The position numbers and the translations under genes are program-made. A model generated the notes under the pieces. That model worked only from the letters and a program-made list of their open reading frames with translations. It searched no databases and was not told the origin of the DNA. Shown here in pieces: positions 19,091-29,006 of a stretch of DNA of 64,000 nt (its first letter is position 1; every line of letters starts with the position of its first letter). This DNA is from Myxococcota bacterium (GTDB lineage Bacteria; Myxococcota_A; UBA796; CAJQPC01), in the NCBI GenBank assembly GCA_036229005.1, contig JAZAMN010000031.1, positions 96,001 to 160,000 on the forward strand, given 5' to 3'.

Positions 19091-19923
19091 TCCTCACCCT
19101 GTTGACCTCGCTCGCGGCCGCCCAGTCCATCCCCGGCACCGACGGCTACCAGGCCCCGGAGTTTGGGGTGGATCTGTACAGGCCCAGCGTCGACTCCCTG
19201 AACACCCTGCAGGTCGAAGACACCCACAAGCCCGAGGCCTTCACCGCCGGTCTGAGCACCTGGTGGGTGCAGGATCCCCTGGTCTGGTACGACGGCGAGG
19301 GCGACCCCACGCCCATCGTAGGCGACGCCATGGGCATCGCGGCCACCGCCTCCCTGGGCTTCGGTCCCGTTCGCGTGGGCATGGTGACCCCCGCCTGGCT
19401 GCACTCCACCGGCGTGGATGGCGCGCGCGGCGGCACTCTGGGCGACCCCTCCCTGGATCTCCGCGTGGCCCGGTCGAGGGAGGGCTTCGGGGTGGGCGCA
19501 GGCGCTCGGCTCACCGCTCCCCTGGGGGCCTCCCAGATGCAGCTCGGTCAGGCAGGATGGTCCTACGAGGTGCTCGGGATCGCGGACTACACCGGCGATC
19601 GTTTCTGGGTGGGCGCCAACCTCGGAGCGCGCGGCCTGCCCGAGGTCGAGCTGGTGGATGCGGCCATGAACGACCAGCTCCTCTACCGGGCCGGCGCGGC
19701 CTGGACGCCCCTGGGTCCCTGGTCCGTCGCGGCGGAGCTTCAGGGCATGGCGACCTGGTCCACCCTCCAGAGCGGCGCCGTCGGGAACCCGCGTGAGATC
19801 CTGATCTCCGGCCGCCGGACCGGCGCGCACTACCAGAGCAGCCTGGGCGTCGGTGCGGGCCAGGGAGCCGGGATCGGAGCGCCCCGCTGGCGGGTCGTGT
19901 TCTCCATGCGGGCGGTCGACTGA
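19087..19923 (+). CDS. Outer-membrane beta-barrel protein (TraB-type barrel without OmpA domain)
   Basis: ATGA coupling; signal -AAAQ; LGDP-LDLR, ANLGAR, GIGAPRWRVVF. Confidence 0.55.
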   Translation: MILTLLTSLAAAQSIPGTDGYQAPEFGVDLYRPSVDSLNTLQVEDTHKPEAFTAGLSTWWVQDPLVWYDGEGDPTPIVGDAMGIAATASLGFGPVRVGMVTPAWLHSTGVDGARGGTLGDPSLDLRVARSREGFGVGAGARLTAPLGASQMQLGQAGWSYEVLGIADYTGDRFWVGANLGARGLPEVELVDAAMNDQLLYRAGAAWTPLGPWSVAAELQGMATWSTLQSGAVGNPREILISGRRTGAHYQSSLGVGAGQGAGIGAPRWRVVFSMRAVD

Positions 19924-20030
19924 TCGCTCCCCTGCAGACCCGCACTTGAGCGGGCAGACTGGCGGCGCGAAGCCGTCACTTGATCCCGGAGGCCCCGCCC
20001 GCTATCGGGCGCGCGGCCCGGAGGCCCGAC

Positions 20031-20816
20031 ATGTCCCTTTCTCTGCTCCTCACCCTCGCCTGCATCGAGACGGGCGTGAACGATGACAACGACAACCAGG
20101 GTTCCCTGAACAAGGACACGGCTGTCGAGGACACCGGCGACACCGGCGAGGTCGTCATCCCGGGCACCAAGGCCAGCGCCAAGGTGTACGCCAACACCTC
20201 CACGGGGCTCTACGAGATCGACCCCGAGACCGCCCAGCCCACCTACGTGGGCGACTTCCACACCGCAGCCGGCGAGCCCATCGACGGCATGGTGGACATC
20301 GCCATCGACCTCAAGGGGCGCATCTACGGCGGCACCTACGACGGGCTGTTCACCATCAACTCCGAGACCGCCGAGGTCGAGCTGGTGTGCGCGACCTCCA
20401 CCGCGATGTTCGCCCTGGCCTTCTCCTCGGACGGCCGGCTCTTCGCGGGTGGCCGCGAGGGCATCAACCTGCTGGACATCGAGACCTGCCGCACCGAGTG
20501 GCTGATCGGCGACGAGCAGTACACCACCTCTGGCGACATCGTGGGCCTGCCCGACGGCAACCTGTACTGGACCGTGTTCGGCGACGACGGCGACGACCTG
20601 GTGCTCCTGGACCCGGACTCCGGCGCCACCAAGTGGCTGGGCTCCACCGGCGTCGAGAAGCTCTTTGGCGTGGGCTACGACAACGACACCCTGTACGGCT
20701 TCTCCAGCGACGGGGAGATCGTCCGCATCAACCCCAAGACCGGCGCTGGGCAGATCCGCGATCGCAGCGACTCCCTGCAGTGGTGGGGCGCGACCACCAA
20801 CCCCGTCCGCTGGTAG
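20031..20816 (+). CDS. Beta-propeller lipoprotein
   Basis: MSLSLLLTLAC lipobox; DIA-G-IYG, LAF-DG-LF, GDIV-DG-LYW repeats. Confidence 0.65.
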   Translation: MSLSLLLTLACIETGVNDDNDNQGSLNKDTAVEDTGDTGEVVIPGTKASAKVYANTSTGLYEIDPETAQPTYVGDFHTAAGEPIDGMVDIAIDLKGRIYGGTYDGLFTINSETAEVELVCATSTAMFALAFSSDGRLFAGGREGINLLDIETCRTEWLIGDEQYTTSGDIVGLPDGNLYWTVFGDDGDDLVLLDPDSGATKWLGSTGVEKLFGVGYDNDTLYGFSSDGEIVRINPKTGAGQIRDRSDSLQWWGATTNPVRW

Positions 20817-20849
20817 GCGAGCGCCACCGGCTGGCCGCCCACTCGGGGG

Positions 20850-22373
20850 CTACTCGTCCCCGAAGGTGACCCGGCCGTCCCGGCTGACCACGCCGGGCAG
20901 CTCCAGGCCCTCGCTCATGGCCTCGACGAGGTCACAGAGGCGCCGGCGCTCCTTGCGCAGGCGTTGGATCGTCGCCCGCCGCTGACGCCGGGTCAGGCGC
21001 ACCCGCAGCGCCCGCCAGGTCTCCATGGCCAGGCGCTGGTAGCGCAGCAGCGTGGCCCCACCGACCAGCCCCATCGCCGCGAACACAAAGCCCACCAGCA
21101 CCGGGATGTCCGGCAAGCTGGGGAACAGCTCCACCATCTGGCGGTGGAACGCGGCCGCGGCCACGCCCCAGGCTGCCCAGGTCGCGGGGAAGGCCACCAG
21201 ACCGCCCAGCAGCTTGATGGTGGCCTCGTCTTTGGCCCGCTTGGCGAAGAGCTTGGAGGCCCCCCACACGAGCCCGGCGGTGGGCCCATTGATCAGCCCA
21301 CCGAGCACCAGCACCGGCGGCAACAGCAGATAGACAAAGAGCACCTGCAGCAGCAAAAGCACCACCAAGGTCAGGCTGAAGAGCTTGGGCGCCCGGTCCA
21401 GCTCGTGGTCGTCCAGGCCCAGCGCGCGCAGGTCCGCGTCGTACTCCCGGGTGCGCTCCAGCACCTCGTCGACCAGCCGCGGGTGCTGCTCCTTGAGGGC
21501 GTAGTAGCCGGACCAGATCCGGGCGAAGCCCAGGGTGCGCTCCTTCATGTTGGGGGCGCTCAGGTCCACCCCCGCCCGGTGCGCCCGCTCCGCCCGGACC
21601 AGCTTGCGGCCGCGGTGCATCAGGTGGTGCAGCTCCCAGTCCTCGGTGGCGTGGACCACCTCGCGCAGGGTGCGCTCGATCTCCGCGGTCAGCGCCCGCG
21701 CCCGCTCCTTGGAGTGCTCCACCGGCTCGTCCTCCGCCGGGGTCAGATCCAGCTCCGGCGGGATCTCGATGGGCGGATGAAAGGCCACCAGCACCTTGGA
21801 GCGGAAGGCGTGCTTGGAGTCGTAGTGCAGGCCCACCGGGACGATCACCGGGGGCTGCCCGCCGGCCAGGGAGCGCGCCCGGTAGTAGAAGCGCGCGGCG
21901 CCCGTCTTGAGTTCGGTCACGTAGCTGGCGTCGTGGCTGTCCCCTTCTGGGAACAGGCAGGAGTAGTTGCCCTGGACCACCTGCTCGGCGAGCGCATCGA
22001 GCGCCCCCAGGTTCTTGGCGCTGCGCTCCTGGGCCGGCAGATCGCGCAGGTCCATCGCCCGGTAGATGGGCACCGAGCCCACCGCGCTCATGAGCGAGCC
22101 CAGCACCGGCACCTTGAAGAGCCCATGGCGGGCCCCGAAGACCACCACCCGCGGGAAGTGGGTGAGGATCAGCCCAGGATCCACCATGCCGTTGGGGTGC
22201 CAGGAGACCAGGATGCCGCCCCGGTCCACCGGCACATGCTCCAGCCCGACCACCTCGATGCGCTTGAAGTAAGCGCGCACCACGGCGCGGAAGAAGCCAA
22301 CGATCAGCGAGTAGCTGCGGGTCAGTAGACCACTCCCAGGTTCTGCGGGAAGCCCTTGAGGATGACGCCCCAC
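20850..22373 (-). CDS. Glycerolipid acyltransferase (PlsC/GPAT-like) with C-terminal TM helices; start uncertain
   Basis: HPNGMVD (HX4D-like), PIYR, FPEG-SH, LKTGAAR, VPVGLHY. Confidence 0.8.
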   Translation of the reverse strand: MGRHPQGLPAEPGSGLLTRSYSLIVGFFRAVVRAYFKRIEVVGLEHVPVDRGGILVSWHPNGMVDPGLILTHFPRVVVFGARHGLFKVPVLGSLMSAVGSVPIYRAMDLRDLPAQERSAKNLGALDALAEQVVQGNYSCLFPEGDSHDASYVTELKTGAARFYYRARSLAGGQPPVIVPVGLHYDSKHAFRSKVLVAFHPPIEIPPELDLTPAEDEPVEHSKERARALTAEIERTLREVVHATEDWELHHLMHRGRKLVRAERAHRAGVDLSAPNMKERTLGFARIWSGYYALKEQHPRLVDEVLERTREYDADLRALGLDDHELDRAPKLFSLTLVVLLLLQVLFVYLLLPPVLVLGGLINGPTAGLVWGASKLFAKRAKDEATIKLLGGLVAFPATWAAWGVAAAAFHRQMVELFPSLPDIPVLVGFVFAAMGLVGGATLLRYQRLAMETWRALRVRLTRRQRRATIQRLRKERRRLCDLVEAMSEGLELPGVVSRDGRVTFGDE

Positions 22374-23275
22374 TCTACGCCATGCACGCCCTCACGCTCT
22401 AGCGTCCACTCCGGGGCCGGCAGCGCGCAGCCCCCGCTGTCCGGGGAGACCACGAACCAGACGCGCTCCACGGGCATGTGGGGGAGGATCACCAGATCCG
22501 CCATCCCGTCCACGGCCCGCAGGGGCTCCAGGCGGTAGCCAGGGGCGGCGGGCAGATCCAGCTCCCAGGCCTCGACGAAGTCCGCGACCTCCCGGGGCGA
22601 AAAGCCCAGCTCCGCCAGGTGCTCACCCATCTGCTTGGCGGGGTCGGCGCCCTGCACGCACCAGCCCGTCTCCTCGCCAGCAAGATCCCGGCTCTGCCAG
22701 GGGGCCAGGCTCACCTCGTAGAAGAGGAAGTCGTGACGCTGGCCGTCCACCGTGAACCTACCGTCCGGGTGCGCTGTCCCCGACCACCCCGCAGCACCGT
22801 GTGGCGGCGTCGAGGCCACGATGTCCTGCTTGGGCCCCAGCTCCACCTTCACCTGCATGTGCAGGTCGGACTCCGGGTACAGGTACAGGTTGGGCTTGTC
22901 GGCGGTGGCGCACTCCTCGAACTGGATGTCGACGGTCTTGGCATCGCAGTCCACCAGCGTGACCGCGTAGTCGTCGCTGTAGCACTCGGTGTAGCCGGAG
23001 TCCCCCGCCCCCGAGCTGTACTCGTGGGAGGCGTCGATGATCCAGCTCCCGGCGCTCAGCTCGAAGGTGTAGACGCCGCTGGCGTCGGTGACCGCCTCCA
23101 GCGGGGTGCTGTCAGCGGACTCCCAGGCGCGGACCGTTCCGCCGGACACGACAGCCCCCGCGTCATCGGTCAGAACGCCGGTGACCGTCGCCAGGTCCCC
23201 GCAGCCCTCGGTGGGGCTGTCACTGTCCTGGGGCTCTTCCTTGGTGCACGCCAGCGCGGCGAACAGAAGCAACAT
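22322..23275 (-). CDS. Lipoprotein with carboxypeptidase-regulatory-like domain and KPxxYLYP domain
   Basis: MLLFAALAC; VTG-LTD-G-V-G-V, TD-G-Y-L-G; KPNLYLYP, LFYE, VEWG. Confidence 0.65.
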   Translation of the reverse strand: MLLLFAALACTKEEPQDSDSPTEGCGDLATVTGVLTDDAGAVVSGGTVRAWESADSTPLEAVTDASGVYTFELSAGSWIIDASHEYSSGAGDSGYTECYSDDYAVTLVDCDAKTVDIQFEECATADKPNLYLYPESDLHMQVKVELGPKQDIVASTPPHGAAGWSGTAHPDGRFTVDGQRHDFLFYEVSLAPWQSRDLAGEETGWCVQGADPAKQMGEHLAELGFSPREVADFVEAWELDLPAAPGYRLEPLRAVDGMADLVILPHMPVERVWFVVSPDSGGCALPAPEWTLEREGVHGVEWGVILKGFPQNLGVVY

Positions 23276-23344
23276 GGTCTCTCTCCCTTTCCCTGCGCCT
23301 CCACCCTACTCGACGACCGGCCCGTTCGGGGGTACCGGGGGCGC

Positions 23345-24583
23345 ATGTTCCTGTTCTTGCTCAGCTCCCCCGCAGCGGCCCAGCACTGCACGGCGCTCTC
23401 CTCCGAGCTCGCCCGCTCCCTGGAGGACGCCGAGGCCGCGTTCGAGGCCCGCGACAAGGCGCAGGTGCTGGCCTCCCGGGACCAGGCCGTGCTCACCGTG
23501 AACTGCATGGTGGAGCCCATCACCCGCAGCTCGGCGGCGCGCCTGCACCGGGTCATGGGGCTCGCGGCCTTCTTGGAGAAGGACCAGGAGGCCGCGCAGC
23601 GATCCTTCGCAGCGGCCCGTCGCCTGGAGCCCGCCTACACATTCCCGACCTCGATGGTGCCCGAAGGTCACCCGGTGCGCGAGGACTACAGAGCCCTGGC
23701 GGTGGAGACGCTGAGCGCGCACACCCTGGTCCCTCCCCTCTCCGGCCACCTGACCCTGGACGGCCACGAGGGGCTGGATCGGCCCGACGGGATCCCCACG
23801 GTCTACCAGCGCTTCAACGACGCGGGGGCGGTCGTCGACACCCGGCTGCTGCGCGCCACGGACCCAGACCCCGACGACTACGCGATCGGCGCCCTCCCCG
23901 GCCTGGACCAGGTCAACCGCGACAGCCACTGGGTGCTGCGAGCGGGTTTTGGACTGGGGGTCGGGCCACACCTGCGCACCGTCGACCAGGCCATACAAGT
24001 GGACGCCAACGGCACGCCGGTCGCGGGCGCGCAGTGGGATGGCCTCCAGAGCACCCAGGCGGGCGCGCTGGAGGGGAGCGTCGGGCTGCGCAGCATGGAC
24101 ATCCTGGAGATCAGCCTGAGCGCGGCGGTGTTCAACGCCCAGCAGGAGCAGATCCTGCGCTACGAGATCCTGGACGAGGACGGCGGGAGCCTGGCCGACT
24201 ACGGCCGCCTGGACCCCGATCCCAGGCTGACTCTGCAGGCTCAGCTTGAGCCGCGGGCCAGCGTCTACCTGCCCCTGGAGGGCGGCGCGTACTACGGCTT
24301 CGCGGGGGCGGCGCTGCTCTACACCCCCGGCATCACGGTGGACGACACCCACCCCTGGCAGGACCGCAGCGCCCACACCACCTGGGGCGTGCAGGCCGGT
24401 TTCGGGGCCCTGTGGACCCTCAACGAGCGCGTCGGGGTCTGGACCACCGTCCCCTTCACCCTCTGGCTCGGGGGCACGACGATCAAGGAACGATTCTCGT
24501 CCGAGATCGTGTACGGGCCCACTTCGGGGAGCCCGGCGCAGAGCAGCTATCGGGTGGCAGGGGGCCTTGAGATCCGCCTCTGA
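23345..24583 (+). CDS. Exported protein: TPR-like N-terminus plus beta-barrel-like C-terminus
   Basis: Signal -AAAQ; helical LHRVMGLAAF-F-AAR-P; terminal strand YRVAGGLEIRL. Confidence 0.5.
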   Translation: MFLFLLSSPAAAQHCTALSSELARSLEDAEAAFEARDKAQVLASRDQAVLTVNCMVEPITRSSAARLHRVMGLAAFLEKDQEAAQRSFAAARRLEPAYTFPTSMVPEGHPVREDYRALAVETLSAHTLVPPLSGHLTLDGHEGLDRPDGIPTVYQRFNDAGAVVDTRLLRATDPDPDDYAIGALPGLDQVNRDSHWVLRAGFGLGVGPHLRTVDQAIQVDANGTPVAGAQWDGLQSTQAGALEGSVGLRSMDILEISLSAAVFNAQQEQILRYEILDEDGGSLADYGRLDPDPRLTLQAQLEPRASVYLPLEGGAYYGFAGAALLYTPGITVDDTHPWQDRSAHTTWGVQAGFGALWTLNERVGVWTTVPFTLWLGGTTIKERFSSEIVYGPTSGSPAQSSYRVAGGLEIRL

Positions 24584-24672
24584 GGGGCCCGCCTTTGCTC
24601 CCCTCAATCCCCACCTTCCCCCGACCGGGGCGCGATTCGCCGTGCTACGCTGCGCGCCCAAGGAGGCGGTCG

Positions 24673-27453
24673 ATGCACCACGCCCGCTGGCTCATTCTCC
24701 TGCCGCTGCTGGCAGGCGGTTGCGAGCTCTTCGATCCCGAGCCCCAAGGCCTCAACGATGTGGTCTTCGAGGACGACAGCCCCGTCGCGGGGACCGACCT
24801 CGTGGCCTACACCGTGGGCAACCCCCGCGTCGATCCCGACCAGCAGGTGGGCTACCGCTGGATCTGGGAGCAGGACGGCATCGAGTTCAAGTGCCAGGAC
24901 GACTTCGACTGGACCTGCCCGGATCTGTCGCGCACCTGCACCAAGGGTGCCAGCGACGCCTACGACGAGGCCCTCTCGGACGAGGAGAAGTCCGAGCTCG
25001 CCAACGTCATCTCGGGCGCGAACACCAGCAAGGGGCAGGCCTGGCGCATCACCGTCCGGCCCATCGACGACACCTGCGATGTCGGCCCGGGCATCTCCCG
25101 CTCCATCAGCGTGAAGAACACGCCCCCCACCGCCACCGTCAGCATCCAGCCCGACAGCCCCGCCTCCCACGACGACCTCCTGGCCATCGCGGAGGGCAGC
25201 GACGCTGACGGCGACAACGTCCGCTTTGACTACATCTGGATCAAGAAGGGCAGCTCCAGCGTCGAGTTCGAGGGCGCGACCCTGGACGCCTCGGAGACCC
25301 GCTCCGGCGAAGTCTGGCTGGTGCAAGCCACCCCCTACGACACCGAAGACGGCAGCCCGGCCACGGCCGAGGTCACCATCGGGAACGCCAAGCCCGAGGT
25401 CGACACCATCGCCATCGAGCAGGCGGCCCCCACCACCACGGACGACATCTCCGTGGTCGCCACCTTCTCCGACGAAGAGGACGACCCCATGTCCGTCACC
25501 GTCGTCTGGAACCTGGTCGAGGGAGAGGGCGAGAGCGAGCTGCGCACCGAGCTCAAGCGTGAGATCCTGGACGCGGACGACATCGACATCGGGGACTCCG
25601 GCATGTCCGGCGACGGCCAGTGGCGCGCCTGGCTGGAGCACGACCTGTACATCAAGGACCAGGTCATCGAGGTCACCCTGACCGCGAACGACGGCCAGGA
25701 CAGCGATCCCCGGAGCGTCAGCGTCACCACGGTGAACAGCCCGCCCACGCTCACCGAGGGCTCCGTGACCATCGAGCCCACCGACGACACCAAGGACATC
25801 TCCAAGAACAACCTCCCCACCTGTAGCTGGGACGAGAGCGCCTACTACGACGCCGACAACGCCGACTTCCCCCCGGAAGACGAGGTCGACATCGCCGTCC
25901 CCAGTGCCTTCGTGGTGACCTGGGAGATCAGCTCTGGCTCCAACGCCGGCGACTACGACGACTCGGTGTTCAGCGCGGACACCTACCAGTACGGCAACAA
26001 CCTGCGCTGCTCCATCCAGCCCAGCGACGGCTTCGATCTGGGCGAGGCCGTCTTCTCCGGCTCCGAGCGCGTCGGGAACGCCGAGCCCAGGATCACCCTG
26101 GGCATCGAGGGCTACGACACCAGCACGCTGACCGGCACCGGCCTCGCGCCCATGTCCAAGGAGGACGCCTTCGCGGGCGCGGTGATCGAAGACCCGGACG
26201 GGAACTCCATCTCCGAGACCTCCTACTACTGGGCGGTCAACGGCAGCACCGTCTCCGGCAGCACCACCCTGGACAACACGAACTTCGAGCGCGGCGACAC
26301 CATCGAGCTGACGGTCATCGCCAAGGACACCGCGGGCGCCCAGGCCAGCGAGACCACCAGCGTCGTGGTCCAGAACAGCCCGCCCAGCCTGAACAACGTA
26401 CTCATCTCCCCCACTACGCTCTACGCAGACTCCACCGTCCTGGGCATCCCTGCGGCCTCGGACGCGGACGGCGACAGCTACGTGGCCACCTACACCTGGA
26501 CCACGAGCACGGCCTCGACGGTGACCACCAGCTCCGCGCTGCCCCTGGGGATCTCCCGTGGCCAGACGGTGACCCTGTCGGTGACCCTGGACGACAACTA
26601 CACGGTCTCGAGCCTGACCTCGGTGCACGGAACCCGGTCCACAACGCTCAGCCATGGACCGGTGACCGTACAGAACAGTCCCCCGCAGCTCCCCGAGGTC
26701 ACCCTCAGCCCGATCTCCCCGATCGAGGGCAAGCACAACGCGGTCTGCGCCTTCACCAGCGGCTCCCCGACGGACGCCGACGGCGACGGCGTCTCCGTCG
26801 CCTGGACCCTGGCCCACACCCAGAGCGGCACCGTCAACACCTACACCAGCACCTCGAGCGCCACCCCCACGCTGGGCGCCGCCAACCTGGTGGCCGGCGA
26901 CATCATCACCTGCACCGCGGTCGCCACGGACACCCTGAGTGCGACCACGACGGGCACCGTCACGGACACTGTCCTCTCGGACACGATGACCTACATCCTG
27001 CTGCCCGCGGACCTGGACGTGATCGGCACGGACCAGTGCGCATCCTCCGGCGAGGTCTTCCTGACCAGCTCGGACATCGAGCTGACCTGGACCGACACCT
27101 ACCCGGACGACGGCTTCCACGACCCTGCAGGCCTGACGGTGGATCTGAACTGGCTGGCGACCTGCAGCAGCAGCGACCTGGAGCGCGACGTGAGCTTCTC
27201 CAGCGACACCGTCACGGCCTCGTTCACGGGCAGCTACAGCATCGCGAACGTCTACACCGCGAGCTGCAATGACTGCTCCACGGGCTCGCCGCTGACCTCG
27301 TCCTGGGACCTCAGCTCCGCCATCAGCTACTACAGCGCCGGCTCGGACAACACCCTGACGGTGTCCCTGGTCAACGACACCCTCGCCACCACCACCCTGT
27401 TCACCGACGATCTCGGCGACGAGGGCCTGGGGCTGGTGACCGTCACCTACTGA
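24673..27453 (+). CDS. Large acidic Ser/Thr-rich lipoprotein with tandem Ig-like repeats
   Basis: SD AAGGAGG; LAGGC lipobox; repeats N(T/S)PP-V-I-P...SDADGD-Y-W. Confidence 0.7.
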   Translation: MHHARWLILLPLLAGGCELFDPEPQGLNDVVFEDDSPVAGTDLVAYTVGNPRVDPDQQVGYRWIWEQDGIEFKCQDDFDWTCPDLSRTCTKGASDAYDEALSDEEKSELANVISGANTSKGQAWRITVRPIDDTCDVGPGISRSISVKNTPPTATVSIQPDSPASHDDLLAIAEGSDADGDNVRFDYIWIKKGSSSVEFEGATLDASETRSGEVWLVQATPYDTEDGSPATAEVTIGNAKPEVDTIAIEQAAPTTTDDISVVATFSDEEDDPMSVTVVWNLVEGEGESELRTELKREILDADDIDIGDSGMSGDGQWRAWLEHDLYIKDQVIEVTLTANDGQDSDPRSVSVTTVNSPPTLTEGSVTIEPTDDTKDISKNNLPTCSWDESAYYDADNADFPPEDEVDIAVPSAFVVTWEISSGSNAGDYDDSVFSADTYQYGNNLRCSIQPSDGFDLGEAVFSGSERVGNAEPRITLGIEGYDTSTLTGTGLAPMSKEDAFAGAVIEDPDGNSISETSYYWAVNGSTVSGSTTLDNTNFERGDTIELTVIAKDTAGAQASETTSVVVQNSPPSLNNVLISPTTLYADSTVLGIPAASDADGDSYVATYTWTTSTASTVTTSSALPLGISRGQTVTLSVTLDDNYTVSSLTSVHGTRSTTLSHGPVTVQNSPPQLPEVTLSPISPIEGKHNAVCAFTSGSPTDADGDGVSVAWTLAHTQSGTVNTYTSTSSATPTLGAANLVAGDIITCTAVATDTLSATTTGTVTDTVLSDTMTYILLPADLDVIGTDQCASSGEVFLTSSDIELTWTDTYPDDGFHDPAGLTVDLNWLATCSSSDLERDVSFSSDTVTASFTGSYSIANVYTASCNDCSTGSPLTSSWDLSSAISYYSAGSDNTLTVSLVNDTLATTTLFTDDLGDEGLGLVTVTY

Positions 27454-27459
27454 GCGCGC

Positions 27460-28161
27460 ATGTCGACCTGGGTGGTGACCCCCACCTACAACGAGGCCCA
27501 GAACATCGAGCCTCTGCTCGCCGCCCTGCGGGCGCTCCCGGAGCCTCCGCAGGTGTTGGTGGTGGACGACAGCTCCCCCGACGGCACCGCCGAGCGGGTG
27601 GAGGCCTTCGCGGAGCGGGATCCTGGCGTCCACCTGCTGTCCCGTCCAGGCCCTGGTGGCCTCGCCGGCGCCTACCTGGCCGGGTTCGCCCACGCGCTGC
27701 ACCAAGGGGCAGCCAGAGTGGTGCAGATGGATGCGGACGGCTCCCACGATCCCCTCTCCCTCCCGGAGATGCTGGCCCACTCCGCCGATCTGGTCCTGGG
27801 GAGCCGCTACGTGTCCGGCGGTGGCACCCTGAACTGGCCCCTGCACCGCCGCGTCCTGTCCCGAGGGGGCAGCCTCTACGCCCGGAGCTGGCTGCGGCTG
27901 CCCTACCGGGACCTGACCGGCGGCTTCAAGGTCTGGGCCGCGCCCACCCTCAAGTCCGTGCTGGAGCGCCCTGTGCGCTCGGAGGGCTACAGCTTCCAGG
28001 TGGAGATGACGCTGCGGGCCCACCGGGGGGGCGCCGAGGTCGTGGAGCACCCCATCCAGTTCGTGGAGCGCACCCAAGGTGCGAGCAAGCTCAGCGGTGG
28101 AATCGTGTTGGAGGCGGTGTGGGTCGTGCCGGCTCTGGGCCTGGGACTTTGGCGGAGCTGA
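27460..28161 (+). CDS. Polyprenol-phosphate mannose synthase-like GT2
   Basis: PTYNE-NI, VVDDSSPDGT, GL-AY-GF, QMDADGSH, GSRY-GG, DLTGGF, GYSFQVEM, G-SK. Confidence 0.88.
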   Translation: MSTWVVTPTYNEAQNIEPLLAALRALPEPPQVLVVDDSSPDGTAERVEAFAERDPGVHLLSRPGPGGLAGAYLAGFAHALHQGAARVVQMDADGSHDPLSLPEMLAHSADLVLGSRYVSGGGTLNWPLHRRVLSRGGSLYARSWLRLPYRDLTGGFKVWAAPTLKSVLERPVRSEGYSFQVEMTLRAHRGGAEVVEHPIQFVERTQGASKLSGGIVLEAVWVVPALGLGLWRS

Positions 28162-28228
28162 GCTTTGCGCGGTTGCCAGCGGGCAACAACCGGCTAAGAA
28201 CCCCTATCCACCGTTTGCAGGAGCAGAA

Positions 28229-28936
28229 GTGCGCCGCTTCGAGCTGATCGAGAAGAATGCTGCCAAGTTCTGGGCCATCGCGCGCGAGCGCGAGGTGCTC
28301 GTCACCCATTGGGGCAAGATTGGCCGCCAGGGCAAGCAGAAGAAGAAGATCTGCAAGGACTTCATGGTCGCCGAGCAGGAGTACGACCGGCTCATCCGCC
28401 AGAAGCTGCGGGCTGGATACACCGAGGTCCAGGAGGCCACCGAAGAGGTGGCCCCCATCCCCAGCCGCACGCTGGAGCTGGTCACCCTGGACGAGGAGAG
28501 CAGCTTCCTGGTGCGCCCCAAGGCCTACTACTACCTGGTCAAGCGCATGGTGGAGATCGGCCTGATCGACCGCTTCGTCGAGGGCAAGGACCTCTCCCGC
28601 TGGGACTGGCGCGCTGCCCGTCGCGCGGGCCTGGACGAGGTCCCTGATCCCGATCACGAGCAGTACGAGGAGTGGGAGACCAACTGGCTGCGCATGTCCG
28701 AGAAGGACCGCAGCGACTGGCCCGGGGGCCTGCAGGCCGCTGGCTGGAAGTTCCTCACCGGCAGCCACTGGCTGGTCCTCCCCGAGGAGTGCCAGCTCAT
28801 CGCGCAGCAGGTGGACAACATCGCCCCCAAGCGCCACAAGGCCACCGAGCTCCAGACCAAGTGGGTCAACGAGTGGGTCGCCTGGCACAAGAAGGCCGCC
28901 AAGCTGGGCGGCTACATCATCTACGCGGAAGACTGA
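28229..28936 (+). CDS. WGR-domain protein
   Basis: KFW-I-HWGKIG-G, LI-KL-GY-E. Confidence 0.7.
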   Translation: MRRFELIEKNAAKFWAIAREREVLVTHWGKIGRQGKQKKKICKDFMVAEQEYDRLIRQKLRAGYTEVQEATEEVAPIPSRTLELVTLDEESSFLVRPKAYYYLVKRMVEIGLIDRFVEGKDLSRWDWRAARRAGLDEVPDPDHEQYEEWETNWLRMSEKDRSDWPGGLQAAGWKFLTGSHWLVLPEECQLIAQQVDNIAPKRHKATELQTKWVNEWVAWHKKAAKLGGYIIYAED

Positions 28937-29006
28937 TCCCCACCCGGGGGCGTGCCCTTGACGCCCCCACGGAGCTGCTTACCTGCCAAACACGCAGGAG
29001 GTCTTG

